From Thermoplasmata archaeon (GTDB lineage: Archaea > Thermoplasmatota > SW-10-69-26 > JACQPN01 > JAJPHT01), in NCBI GenBank assembly GCA_034667685.1, contig JAXDQU010000111.1:1-23499 (forward strand): DNA of 23,499 bases. The letters run 5' to 3'. The position numbers and the translations under genes were made by a program. The notes under the pieces were generated by a model, which was not told the origin of the DNA, searched no databases, and saw only the letters and a program-made list of their open reading frames with translations. How positions within the stretch are numbered: the stretch's first letter is position 1; each line of letters opens with the position of its first letter. Below are positions 1 through 8,595 of the stretch, in pieces.

Positions 1-35
1 AGCCCTGAGTCCGGAGTCCAGAGCCCCGAGCCCGG
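1..35. repeat. Degenerate heptamer tandem repeat (5 units, may extend left of the window)
   Basis: AGCCCTG AGTCCGG AGTCCAG AGCCCCG AGCCCGG, consensus AGYCCNG. Confidence 0.7.
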
Positions 36-81
36 CGGGGCGGGCAAAATCCTCTTCCCTCCCGCGCCGGCTGCCGCGCCC

Positions 82-834
82 ATGACCAAGTGGGCCATGA
101 TCACGGGCGCGTCCAGCGGCATCGGCGAGGCGACGGCGCGCGCCCTGGCGGCCCGGGGGTACGCGCTCAAGCTCGTCGCCCGGCGCGGGGAACGGCTCGA
201 CGCGCTCGCGGACAGCCTCGCGGGCGCCAAGACGCAGGTCGTGCCCCTGGACATCCGGGACGCCGCCGCGCTGCGCCTGCTGGACGCCTCGCACCCCGAC
301 CTCTTCGGGGAGGTGGACGTGCTGGTCAACAACGCCGGCCTCGCCCGCGGCACCGAGCCGCTCCACGAGGGCAACCCGGACGAGTGGGACGAGGTCATCG
401 ACACCAACGTCAAGGCGCTCCTGCGTGTGACGCGGCTGGCCGTGCCGCACATGGTCAAGCGCGGCCGCGGCCACGTGGTCATGCTGGGCAGCACGGCGGG
501 CCACTGGGTCTACCCCGGCGGCGCGGTCTACTGCGCCAGCAAGCACGCCGTGAAGGCGATCACCGAAGGCCTGCGGATGGACCTGCACGGGAGCGGCGTG
601 CGCGTCACGAGCGTCGACCCGGGGCTCGTCACCGGCACCGAGTTCAGCGACGTGCGCTTTCGGGGCGACCACGAGCGCGCGCGGACGGTCTACAAGGGGC
701 TGGAGCCGCTGACGCCCCAGGACGTCGCCGAGACGATCGCGTGGTGCGTCGAGCGCCCGCCGCACGTCAACGTCCAGGACGTCGTGCTCACGCCCACGGC
801 CCAGGCCTCGGTGACGATGGTGAAGCGCGCATGA
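82..834 (+). CDS. Short-chain dehydrogenase/reductase, YdfG-like NADP-dependent
   Basis: TGASSGIG Rossmann motif, NNAG, catalytic YCASK, C-terminal PPHVNVQ typical of the YdfG clade. Confidence 0.93.
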   Translation: MTKWAMITGASSGIGEATARALAARGYALKLVARRGERLDALADSLAGAKTQVVPLDIRDAAALRLLDASHPDLFGEVDVLVNNAGLARGTEPLHEGNPDEWDEVIDTNVKALLRVTRLAVPHMVKRGRGHVVMLGSTAGHWVYPGGAVYCASKHAVKAITEGLRMDLHGSGVRVTSVDPGLVTGTEFSDVRFRGDHERARTVYKGLEPLTPQDVAETIAWCVERPPHVNVQDVVLTPTAQASVTMVKRA

Positions 835-1379
835 TCGACTTCACGAACGGCCCCACGGGCATTCCGTCGGCGGTCCTCTTCCTTCTCGTCGGATTGGTCG
901 TCACGTTCTCGGGCTTCCGCCTCGCGCAGGGGCTCGCGGGCCTCGCGGGCTTCCTCTCCGGCTTCGCGGTGGGGCTGCTCCTGGGCGCCCTGCTGGCCGG
1001 GCCCGTGGGCGCGCTCGTCGTGGGCGTGATCGCCGGCATCGCCTTCGCGATCCTCTTCGTCATGGCGTTCCGTCTCGTGGGCGGGCTGCTCGCGGCCATG
1101 CTGGGCGTCTCCCTGGCGCTCGCGCTCGGCCTGCCCGTGTGGGCCGTGATCCTCGTCGCCCTCGTCGCGGGCGTGATCGGTCTGATGGCGAACAAGGTCG
1201 TGCTGATCGTCGCCACCGCGGCCATCGGCGCCTCCATCGCCTCCGCGGGCGGCGTCTACCTTCTCGGGCGCATGGGCGTCGCGTTCCCCAAGGCGGACCT
1301 CGCGTTCCTTCTCGGGGCATTGGGCCTGGCTGTGCTGGGCATCGCCTCGCAGGTGCGCGCGCTCCGCGAGTCGAGATGA
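831..1379 (+). CDS. Multi-pass membrane protein (DUF4203/TMEM198-like), 182 aa
   Basis: Start MIDFTNG at 831 overlaps the SDR stop (ATGA); Gly-rich hydrophobic helices; the listed ORF 90..1379 is over-extended. Confidence 0.8.
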   Translation: MIDFTNGPTGIPSAVLFLLVGLVVTFSGFRLAQGLAGLAGFLSGFAVGLLLGALLAGPVGALVVGVIAGIAFAILFVMAFRLVGGLLAAMLGVSLALALGLPVWAVILVALVAGVIGLMANKVVLIVATAAIGASIASAGGVYLLGRMGVAFPKADLAFLLGALGLAVLGIASQVRALRESR

Positions 1380-1437
1380 TTGCGAAACTTTCCATCTAGA
1401 GTAAGATGATGCATCGCACGTCCGTTCGGGCCCGCGC

Positions 1438-2316
1438 ATGGCTCGGTCCATCACCCTGTCAATCGGAATCGTCCTGCTTGCATTGCTCGGAACCGCCGCC
1501 GCCTCGGCGGGCCTCGTGGGCGCCACGTCCGCGCCGGTGAAGCACTTCATGCCCACGCAGCTCAACGCGCCCCAGCCCCTCGGCTCCGCGTCGCCCGCCG
1601 TGAGCAACATGGTCTACGGCGGCGGCCCCGTCCAGACCGCCCCCAAGGTCTACCTCGTCTTCTGGGGCTGGACCTCGGGCGACCCCTCGGGCGAGGCGCC
1701 CGTCCTCGCGAAGTTCTTCGCGGGCGTCGGCGGCTCGAGCTGGGCCAACATCCAGACCCAGTACTCCAGCATCGGCAACCCCTCGGGCCAGCTCGCGGGC
1801 ACCTGGTGGGACAACAGCAGCGGCTTCCAGACCATCCCCGACCTCTACGTCGGCAACGAGGCGCTGCGCGCGGAGGCCCACTTCGGGTACAATGCGAACG
1901 CGGACTACATCATCGCGACGCCTCACCTGCACAACGACGCCGAGTTCGGCGCCCAGTACTGCGCCTGGCACAGCAACATCGCGGACTCCGCGGGCAAGCA
2001 GGTCGCGTACACCGACCTCCCCTACATTCCCGACGCGCAGCTGGGCACCTGCGGCCAGAACTTCGTGAACGCGGGCGCCGCGGGCAACCTCGACGGCGTG
2101 ACCATCGTGGGCGGCCACGAGTACGCCGAGGCCGTCACCGACCCCATCCCCACGACGGGCTGGGCCGACACCTCGGGCCAGGAGAACGGCGACAAGTGCG
2201 CCTGGAACAGCGGCCCCGGCGCCACCGCCCAGAACATCGTCCTGAGCACGGGCACGTTCGCGGTCCAGTCGCTCTGGAGCAACGCGGCGTCCGCGTGCGC
2301 GATCCACTACCCGTAG
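1438..2316 (+). CDS. Secreted EXORDIUM/phosphate-induced protein 1 (Phi-1)-like protein
   Basis: Signal peptide; motifs YGGGPV..VYLVFWG, YCAWH, HEYAEAVTDP, ENGDKCAW, VQSLWSN. Confidence 0.75.
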   Translation: MARSITLSIGIVLLALLGTAAASAGLVGATSAPVKHFMPTQLNAPQPLGSASPAVSNMVYGGGPVQTAPKVYLVFWGWTSGDPSGEAPVLAKFFAGVGGSSWANIQTQYSSIGNPSGQLAGTWWDNSSGFQTIPDLYVGNEALRAEAHFGYNANADYIIATPHLHNDAEFGAQYCAWHSNIADSAGKQVAYTDLPYIPDAQLGTCGQNFVNAGAAGNLDGVTIVGGHEYAEAVTDPIPTTGWADTSGQENGDKCAWNSGPGATAQNIVLSTGTFAVQSLWSNAASACAIHYP

Positions 2317-2329
2317 GCTCTCCGAGCCG

Positions 2330-2364
2330 GGGCCCCCGCGTGGGGGCCCTTTCCTTCTTTTCTT
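2330..2364 (+). terminator. Hairpin plus T-rich tract, probable terminator
   Basis: GGGCCCCC-GCGT-GGGGGCCC followed by TTTCCTTCTTTTCTT just after the stop at 2316. Confidence 0.8.
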
Positions 2365-2463
2365 GTTACCCTTCCACGCGAGACGTGGCTTCATTCCTCC
2401 ACAAAGTGGTTCCCATCCGCGGGGCCTCGGCGCTGCTGGCTTTCGAAGCCGGGAGTTCCAATC

Positions 2464-3876
2464 ATGAACGTGCGAGTCATCGGCATCGCCGCGCTGCTTC
2501 TCACCGTCCTGCTATCTCCGCTCGCGTCGGCGGATCCAAGCTACCGCATCTCCGCGGGGACGGACACGCTGAACACCACGAGCGCGGACATCGGCGTCAG
2601 CGCGGACGGCTCGACCGAGGCCGCCGTCGTCTTCGTGGGCTGCGGGGGAGGCGACACGGTCGTCTCGCGCCTCGACGACGTCGTCGGCGTGCCCGGCGTC
2701 GAGGGCGTCCCCTCGGTGGGCCAGACGCGCCTCTCGATGACGCACCTCTGCATGTTCACGAACGGCATCCCGGGCCACGGCACGGTCTACCTGAGCCTCC
2801 AGAGCGAGCGCATCCCCGCGGACGGCGAGCTCTTCGGCGCGGGCGCCCCCAGCGGCGGCGAGATGGAGGTCACGTTCGAATCCGGCGACTCGGGCACGTT
2901 CACCTCGACGCTGGTCGTGAACTACGACCTGCGCGACGGGCAGGACGGCCCGATCTTCACGTCCAGCTCCACCGGCCCGATCACGGCGACCGCCGCGCCC
3001 TGGGAGCGCGAGGCGGGCGGCGACCCCGTCCGGGCCTTCTGCCACACCAGCGACCCGAAGCTCGCCGCGATGTGGCTCGCCGAGCACCACTGCGTCATCG
3101 CCGGGGGATCGACCGCGGGCGACTTCGTCCCCGGCAAGGGCCCGAACGCGGACGAGCCTCACAGCGCCTCGCGCCTGATCCTGCCGGCGCACGGCCCCAA
3201 CCTCGCCGGCGGCTTGTGCGACGTCGCCACCAACCCGAACTACGTCCCGCAGCAGGCGGTCCACGTCTTCGCCCACGGGGCGACCTCCGCGCGCAACCGC
3301 GGCCTGATCGTGACGTCGTTCGACACGAGCGGCTGCCTGGCGGGCGACGGCGATCGCGAGACCGCCTACGGCGGCGCCGAGTTCCCCGAGTATCCGCAGG
3401 GCACGGCGTGCGACTCGCCCACCGGCCACCACAACGGCGGCCCGGGCGCGACGGTCACCGTCCAGAGCAACACGCTGGCCCTCCCCGTGGTCTACGTGGC
3501 GGGCACCGACGGCCAGCAGCCGGGCGTCGATGTGGTCACCTCGCCCTGCACGGGGAACCACGTCATCTCGGACAGCTACGACGTCGATCCCTTCGACTGC
3601 GGCCAGGGCGCCATCGGAGTGTATCTCGTCGCGACCGCCACGTCCGCCACGCTGGAGCCCAACGTCAACCCGCACACGGGCTCGACGACGGACCCGGACC
3701 CGTGGGCCGCGCTCTACGGCGCGATCCCGACCGGCTCCGCCCGCGGGGACCCCAACGGCGGCGAGTGCCAGGGCGTCGACGGCAGCGCGTGGGCTGCGCT
3801 CGACTTCGGGCCCGTCGACATGGGGGGAGGCGTCCTCCAGAGCACGCCGATCTCGGGCACCATCACCGCCCCGTGA
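2464..3876 (+). CDS. Secreted Cys/Gly/Thr-rich hypothetical protein, 470 aa
   Basis: Signal peptide ending LASA-D, strong GC3 bias, 10 Cys; no family recognised. Confidence 0.8.
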   Translation: MNVRVIGIAALLLTVLLSPLASADPSYRISAGTDTLNTTSADIGVSADGSTEAAVVFVGCGGGDTVVSRLDDVVGVPGVEGVPSVGQTRLSMTHLCMFTNGIPGHGTVYLSLQSERIPADGELFGAGAPSGGEMEVTFESGDSGTFTSTLVVNYDLRDGQDGPIFTSSSTGPITATAAPWEREAGGDPVRAFCHTSDPKLAAMWLAEHHCVIAGGSTAGDFVPGKGPNADEPHSASRLILPAHGPNLAGGLCDVATNPNYVPQQAVHVFAHGATSARNRGLIVTSFDTSGCLAGDGDRETAYGGAEFPEYPQGTACDSPTGHHNGGPGATVTVQSNTLALPVVYVAGTDGQQPGVDVVTSPCTGNHVISDSYDVDPFDCGQGAIGVYLVATATSATLEPNVNPHTGSTTDPDPWAALYGAIPTGSARGDPNGGECQGVDGSAWAALDFGPVDMGGGVLQSTPISGTITAP

Positions 3877-3883
3877 GCCGCGC

Positions 3884-4609
3884 TCAGGGGTTCCCCTTCG
3901 CCCGCATCTGGGCCTGCGGCTCCGGGTGCGGGCGGTCCTCCAAGAGGACGTAGGCCCACAGCGCGCCGGCGACGATGGCGCCCAGCACGGGGCCGATGAG
4001 GTAGACGGCGGCGTTGCCGTAAGCGCCCTCGGCGATCGCGGGGCCCAGCCAGCGCGCGGTGTTCATCGCGGCGCCCGTGAGGGGGCCCACGGCCATGATG
4101 TCGGCCGCGACCGTGAAGCCGATGGCGAGGCCGCCCAGGCGGCCGCCGAAGCGCGGGTCGACGCCCGTGCCGAAGACGACCGAGACGAGCAGGAACGTCG
4201 CGATGGCCTCGATGAGGATGCCCGTGCCCATGCTCACGGAGCCGTCCGCGGGCAGGTTGGGGATGCCGCCCGCGATGCTCGCGCCACCGAGGCTCGCCTT
4301 CGCGAGGAAGCCGGCCAGCACGCCGCCCAGGATCTGGCAGACGATGTTGACGAGCGCCTGCATGACGCCGATCTTGCGGCCCACGAGGAGGCCCACGGTG
4401 ACGGCCGGGTTGAGCTGGCCGCCCGAGATGCTCATCGTCGCGGAGACGAGGCAAGCCAGGATGAGGCCGTGCGCCAGGGCGATGGCCACGAGGTCGCCCT
4501 TGCTGCCGAAGCCACCAAGGATGACGAGCACGCCGATGTAGATGAGCGCGAACGTCCCGATCAGCTCGGCGACGCCTTTCTTCCAGCTTGCAGGCTCCAT
4601 GTCGGCCAT
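3884..4609 (-). CDS. MIP/aquaporin family channel, TIP-like selectivity filter
   Basis: AELIGTF, SGGQLNPAVT, GAAMNTARWLGPA; six hydrophobic helices. Confidence 0.95.
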   Translation of the reverse strand: MADMEPASWKKGVAELIGTFALIYIGVLVILGGFGSKGDLVAIALAHGLILACLVSATMSISGGQLNPAVTVGLLVGRKIGVMQALVNIVCQILGGVLAGFLAKASLGGASIAGGIPNLPADGSVSMGTGILIEAIATFLLVSVVFGTGVDPRFGGRLGGLAIGFTVAADIMAVGPLTGAAMNTARWLGPAIAEGAYGNAAVYLIGPVLGAIVAGALWAYVLLEDRPHPEPQAQMRAKGNP

Positions 4610-4686
4610 GCGCGCCGGACTCCGGTTCCATGCTATGGATTTGTCGCGGCGCGTAGGTATCGTTTCCAGTGGAGCGCCCCTTGCCT

Positions 4687-4763
4687 CCAGCCACAGAGGA
4701 CACAGAGGTCACGGAGGACGGCTGTGAGAACCGCCCCGTGAGCTCTGTGTCCTCTGTGGCTGG
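4687..4763. repeat. 28-bp inverted repeat (REP/MITE-like hairpin)
   Basis: CCAGCCACAGAGGACACAGAGGTCACGG (4687-4714) and its reverse complement at 4736-4763, 1 mismatch, 21-nt spacer. Confidence 0.9.
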
Positions 4764-4812
4764 GACCGAAAAACCGGAAACGCTCAAGCCTGAAGCCGGA
4801 CGTGCGCCAAGC

Positions 4813-5019
4813 ATGGCGATCAAGTACTGCGAGTTCGAGCCCACGACGCACCGCAACAAGCGCGTGGCGCAGTTCGTCTTCCTGGACGAGCCCAACGACC
4901 CGCACCCGCTCGCCATCTGCGACGTCTGCACGGCCAAGCTGAAGCAGATGCGGCCCGGCGCGATCGTCATGGAGCGCAAGGAGTTCGAGAAGCAGAAGAA
5001 GGAGAAGGCGAAGGGCTAG
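4813..5019 (+). CDS. Small basic protein, possible zinc-binding, 68 aa
   Basis: MAIKYCEFEPTTH...ICDVC...; typical codon usage begins at ATG 4813; the upstream extension is only the translated inverted repeat. Confidence 0.72.
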   Translation: MAIKYCEFEPTTHRNKRVAQFVFLDEPNDPHPLAICDVCTAKLKQMRPGAIVMERKEFEKQKKEKAKG

Positions 5020-5086
5020 CGCCGCTCCTCTCGCTGCGTCGCGCTGATGCGCTCCTCGCTCGGGGCGGCGAGCGCGCGGCGCGAAA

Positions 5087-5168
5087 CGCGAGCTTCGCTC
5101 GCGGTCTTCGCTGCGGCCCTTCGGGCCTTGCTGCGACACCGCGCCCTCGCACCCGCTCGCTTCGCTCG
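5087..5168. repeat. Cluster of triloop mini-hairpins between convergent genes
   Basis: CGCGAGC-TTC-GCTCGCG (5087-5103), GGCCC-TTC-GGGCC (5115-5127) and a further GCTTCGC at 5159-5165. Confidence 0.65.
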
Positions 5169-5175
5169 CTCCTTC

Positions 5176-5502
5176 CTACTCGTCCGGCTCGTACTCCGCG
5201 TTCTCGTCGAACACGTCGTAGGCCCTGTCCATCTCCGCCTCGGTGGGCTCCGCGTCGGTCTTGATCGCCGGGAACTTCTCCACCGCGGCGAGCGGCACGT
5301 CGAGGATCAGGTCGCCGTCGCCCACGCCGAGCACGGCCTCGAAGGGCACGAGGCGGTCCGCGCTGCCCGCCTTGAGCAGCAGGAACTCGGCCTCCTCCTC
5401 GTCGTCCGCGACGAGCAGCGCCGCGAGCGTGCCCAGCGACTCGCCGGCCTCGTTGGTCACGGGCATTCCCTCGCGCAGGTCGACGTCCTCCTCTTCGGGC
5501 AT
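5176..5502 (-). CDS. PRC-barrel-like acidic protein
   Basis: LREGMPVTNEAGESLGTL...RLVPFEAV pattern; alternative start at 5529. Confidence 0.78.
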   Translation of the reverse strand: MPEEEDVDLREGMPVTNEAGESLGTLAALLVADDEEEAEFLLLKAGSADRLVPFEAVLGVGDGDLILDVPLAAVEKFPAIKTDAEPTEAEMDRAYDVFDENAEYEPDE

Positions 5503-5540
5503 CGAAGGTTGGAAGCGGCGCCGAGGCATGAGCGTTCCGT

Positions 5541-5963
5541 GTGAAGGTGAGCGAAGCGCTCGCGCGTCTGCGTCCGCTGCTGCCCGCGGGCGTCCACGCC
5601 GAGGAGGACGACCTGGGGCACCTGCTGCTCTTCGTGCGCCGCGACATGCTGCACCTGGACGCGGACGCGCTCAACGACCGCCTCGCGGCGTGGACGCGCG
5701 GCGAGCTGGCGCGGGAGATCCCGGCCGCGATCGCGACGATCTCGTTCCGCCACGCGAGGCCGGTCGATCCGCACGACGCCTCGACGCTCGACCTCCAGGA
5801 GGGGTGGCGCGACCTGGAGCCGTGCCTGTGGCTCGAAGGTCCGGAGATCACCGAGGCCCAGGTCGCCGCCCTGCCGCGCGTGCTGCCGCACTTCCTCCGG
5901 CTGCTCGAAGGGCGCGGCCGGCCCTCGGGCTACCGCCGCGTGGACGAGGGCAACGCCGAGTGA
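5541..5963 (+). CDS. Hypothetical protein, 140 aa
   Basis: GTG start, GC3-biased codons, protein-like composition; 3' end overlaps the convergent gene by 34 nt. Confidence 0.68.
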   Translation: MKVSEALARLRPLLPAGVHAEEDDLGHLLLFVRRDMLHLDADALNDRLAAWTRGELAREIPAAIATISFRHARPVDPHDASTLDLQEGWRDLEPCLWLEGPEITEAQVAALPRVLPHFLRLLEGRGRPSGYRRVDEGNAE

Positions 5964-6850
5964 GCGCCGCGGCGCGCCTTCTCCCAGCGCGCGATCTCGG
6001 CGTCGACCCAGCCTTCGAGGCGGTCGCGTGCGACGAGGGTGCCCTGCGGCACGGAGAAGGTGACGTCGCGCACGCCGGGCATCGCGCGCAGGCGCTCCTC
6101 GGCGACGTGGGCCTCCGCGTAGGTCCGCACGTAGCCCACGAGGAACGTGCCCGGCGGGTCGTGGTGCGTCACGATGCGGTGCGCGTTGCCGAAGCGGAAG
6201 CCCTTGATCGCCTCCGCGTCCTGCGCGCCCACGTAGGCGTTGTAGAGGATGGCGCCTTCCTCGCGCGTCGCGTCGACGGAGGGGAAGGCCATGAGGTCGC
6301 CGCGCGCGAACATGGCGTCTCGGCGCTCGCGCACCACGCGCGCGGAGAGCCCGCACGCCTCGGCGAGCGCGCGGACGCTGGCGCGGGGCTCGCGGGCGAC
6401 CGCGCGCATGACGCGCCAATCCAGCGGTGATAGCACTTCGCGCGCCGCGACCTCGCGCGGGTCGTGGGGCACGACGACGGCCTCGGGCGCGCGTCCCGCC
6501 AGGCGGCCCAGCTCCTCGGGGAGCGGCGCCTTCGGGTCCTCGCGGTAGAGCATCGCGACCGTCGCGGTCGGGTACGCGCTGGCGGCCCACGCGACCTCGG
6601 GAGCGGCGAGCAGGTCGCGCGGCCCGGCGCGGGGAGCGGGCGCGCCCCAGACGACGAGGCGGCCTTCGCGGCCGAGCGCCTTCGGCGATGGACCGCACGC
6701 GAGGCCCAGCCAGATGCCCTCCGCCTCCAGGCGGTCGAGGCGCTTCTTGACGGCCGTCCCGGTGATATCAAGCCGGCGCCCCAGCGCCTCGTAGGAGTCG
6801 AACGGCGCGCGCGTCAGCTCGACGAGGAGCCGGCAATCCCGTTCGTCCAT
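5930..6850 (-). CDS. Lrp/AsnC-type regulator with two HTH modules
   Basis: MDERDCRLLVEL...SYEALGRRLDITGTAVKKRLDRL and a second module LSPLDWRVMRAVAREPRASVRALAEACGLS. Confidence 0.85.
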   Translation of the reverse strand: MDERDCRLLVELTRAPFDSYEALGRRLDITGTAVKKRLDRLEAEGIWLGLACGPSPKALGREGRLVVWGAPAPRAGPRDLLAAPEVAWAASAYPTATVAMLYREDPKAPLPEELGRLAGRAPEAVVVPHDPREVAAREVLSPLDWRVMRAVAREPRASVRALAEACGLSARVVRERRDAMFARGDLMAFPSVDATREEGAILYNAYVGAQDAEAIKGFRFGNAHRIVTHHDPPGTFLVGYVRTYAEAHVAEERLRAMPGVRDVTFSVPQGTLVARDRLEGWVDAEIARWEKARRGAHSALPSSTRR

Positions 6851-6917
6851 CCGCCGCGCTTATCAAGACGCCGCTATTTCAACCAGTGCGCGGGGTGGGC
6901 TCAAGCCTGCGCGCCCG

Positions 6918-7559
6918 TTGAAGGCGCACGTGGACGCGACGACGGGGTGGACGCACACGTTCCCCCGCGAAGGGCGCGCGAAGGCGCGGCTCGCGTTCGC
7001 GTCGGGCGTCGCGCCGCGGCTGGAGGTGCGCAGCGCGCCGTTGGGCGACGTCCTCGCGCGCGCGAGCTTCCCCGACCCGGCGCCCCGCGTGGAGATGCGC
7101 GGCGACGACCTCGCCATCGACTACCACGGCTTCTTCCGCTTCTTCTTCCTGGGGCGTTACCCGCCCGGGACGCTGGAGCTCAACGACGCCGTCGCGTGGG
7201 AGATCGACGTGCGCGGCGGCGTGGCGAAGGCGGACTTCGACCTGCGGGGAGCGGCGCTCCAGCGCATCGAGATCGGCGGCGGCGTCGCGAAGGTCGAGGT
7301 GCGGCTCGGGGCGCCCACGGGCATCGTGCCGCTGCGCGTCTCGGGCGGCGCGGCGCGCGTGCGCGTGACCCACCCTCGCGGCGTGGCGGCGCGGCTGCGC
7401 GTGAGCGGCGGCGCGGCGCACGTCGAGCTTGGCGAGCAGCGCCTCGGCGCGGTGGGGGGCGGGCTCACGCTCGCCTCGCCGGGCTGGAGCGACGCGGGCG
7501 ACGGCTACGACGTCAAGATCAGCGGCGGCGCGGCGCGCATCAGCGTCGAGCCTGAGTAA
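6918..7559 (+). CDS. Beta-repeat protein (LiaF/DUF4097-like), first gene of the ABC operon
   Basis: Repeated [IV]xGG[VA]AxVxV units and FDLRGAAL; TTG start uncertain. Confidence 0.7.
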   Translation: MKAHVDATTGWTHTFPREGRAKARLAFASGVAPRLEVRSAPLGDVLARASFPDPAPRVEMRGDDLAIDYHGFFRFFFLGRYPPGTLELNDAVAWEIDVRGGVAKADFDLRGAALQRIEIGGGVAKVEVRLGAPTGIVPLRVSGGAARVRVTHPRGVAARLRVSGGAAHVELGEQRLGAVGGGLTLASPGWSDAGDGYDVKISGGAARISVEPE

Positions 7560-7574
7560 CAGAGGAATGACATC

Positions 7575-8591
7575 ATGGACCACACGATCGACGCGCGCGG
7601 CCTGCGCCTCACGTACCCCGGCGGCAAGGAGGCCGTCAAGGGCGTGACGTTCCAGGTGCGCGAAGGGGAGTTCTTCGGCTTCCTGGGGCCCAACGGCGCA
7701 GGCAAGTCGACCACGATCAAGATGCTCGCGACGCTGCTGCGCCCCAACGAGGGGACGCTCGTCGTCAACGGCCACGACGCGGTGAAGGAGCCCGTCGCGG
7801 TGCGGCGCAGCATCGGCTACACGGCGCAGGACACGAGCGTCGACGAGGAGCTGACGGCGCGCGAGAACGTCCGCTTCGCGTGCGAGGCGTACGGCGTCCC
7901 GCGGGCGGAGCGCGAGGCGCGCATCGACGAGCTTCTCGGGCTCGTGGACCTCGTGGACGTCGCGGACAAGCGCGCGAGCACGTTCTCCGGCGGCATGAAG
8001 AAGCGGCTCGACATCGCGACGTGCCTCGTGCACGGCCCGCCGCTGCTCTTCCTCGACGAGCCCACGACGGGCCTCGACCCGAAGGCGCGCCTGAGCCTGT
8101 GGGCCTACTTCCGCGAGCTGAACAAGCGCGGCACGACCATCTTCCTCACGACGCAATACCTCGAGGAGGCGGACCAGCTCTGCGAGCGCATCGCCATCGT
8201 CAACGACGGGCAGATCGTCGCGGTGGGCAGCCCCCAGGAGCTGAAGGCGCAGGTGGGCGGCGACGCGCTCGACCTGCACCTGGAGAAGACCACGCCCGAC
8301 GTGGGCGAGCGCGCGAAGGCGGCGCTCCAGAAGTCGGGCATCCTCCAGGCGGGCGACGTCCTCGGCGTCGTGGGCGACGTCATCACGATCACGAGCCCGC
8401 GCGCCAAGCGCATCGGCCCCGACCTCATGCTCGCGCTCAAGCAGGCCGGCATGACCGTCGTGTCGTTCAACGTGCGCTCGCCCACGCTCGACGACGTGTT
8501 CCTCAAGCTCACGGGCGCCACGCTCGAAGAGGCGCAGGAGAAGGCGAAGGCGGCGCAGCCCCCGATGCGGCGCGGCCGGGGAGGTCGGTGA
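7575..8591 (+). CDS. ABC exporter ATP-binding subunit, DrrA family
   Basis: GPNGAGKST, FSGGMKKRLDIA, LFLDEPTTGLDP, TTQYLEEAD, PTLDDVFLKLTG; AGAGGA upstream. Confidence 0.95.
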   Translation: MDHTIDARGLRLTYPGGKEAVKGVTFQVREGEFFGFLGPNGAGKSTTIKMLATLLRPNEGTLVVNGHDAVKEPVAVRRSIGYTAQDTSVDEELTARENVRFACEAYGVPRAEREARIDELLGLVDLVDVADKRASTFSGGMKKRLDIATCLVHGPPLLFLDEPTTGLDPKARLSLWAYFRELNKRGTTIFLTTQYLEEADQLCERIAIVNDGQIVAVGSPQELKAQVGGDALDLHLEKTTPDVGERAKAALQKSGILQAGDVLGVVGDVITITSPRAKRIGPDLMLALKQAGMTVVSFNVRSPTLDDVFLKLTGATLEEAQEKAKAAQPPMRRGRGGR

Positions 8592-8595
8592 TATC

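Noticed and set aside
2374-2450. Short palindromes (CCAC..GTGG twice, GGCTTTCGAAGCC) upstream of 2464
   Set aside because: Too short to exceed chance at this GC content
4669-4812. N-terminal extension of the 4813 protein (ATEDTEVTE...SVSSVA)
   Set aside because: It is the translation of the inverted-repeat element
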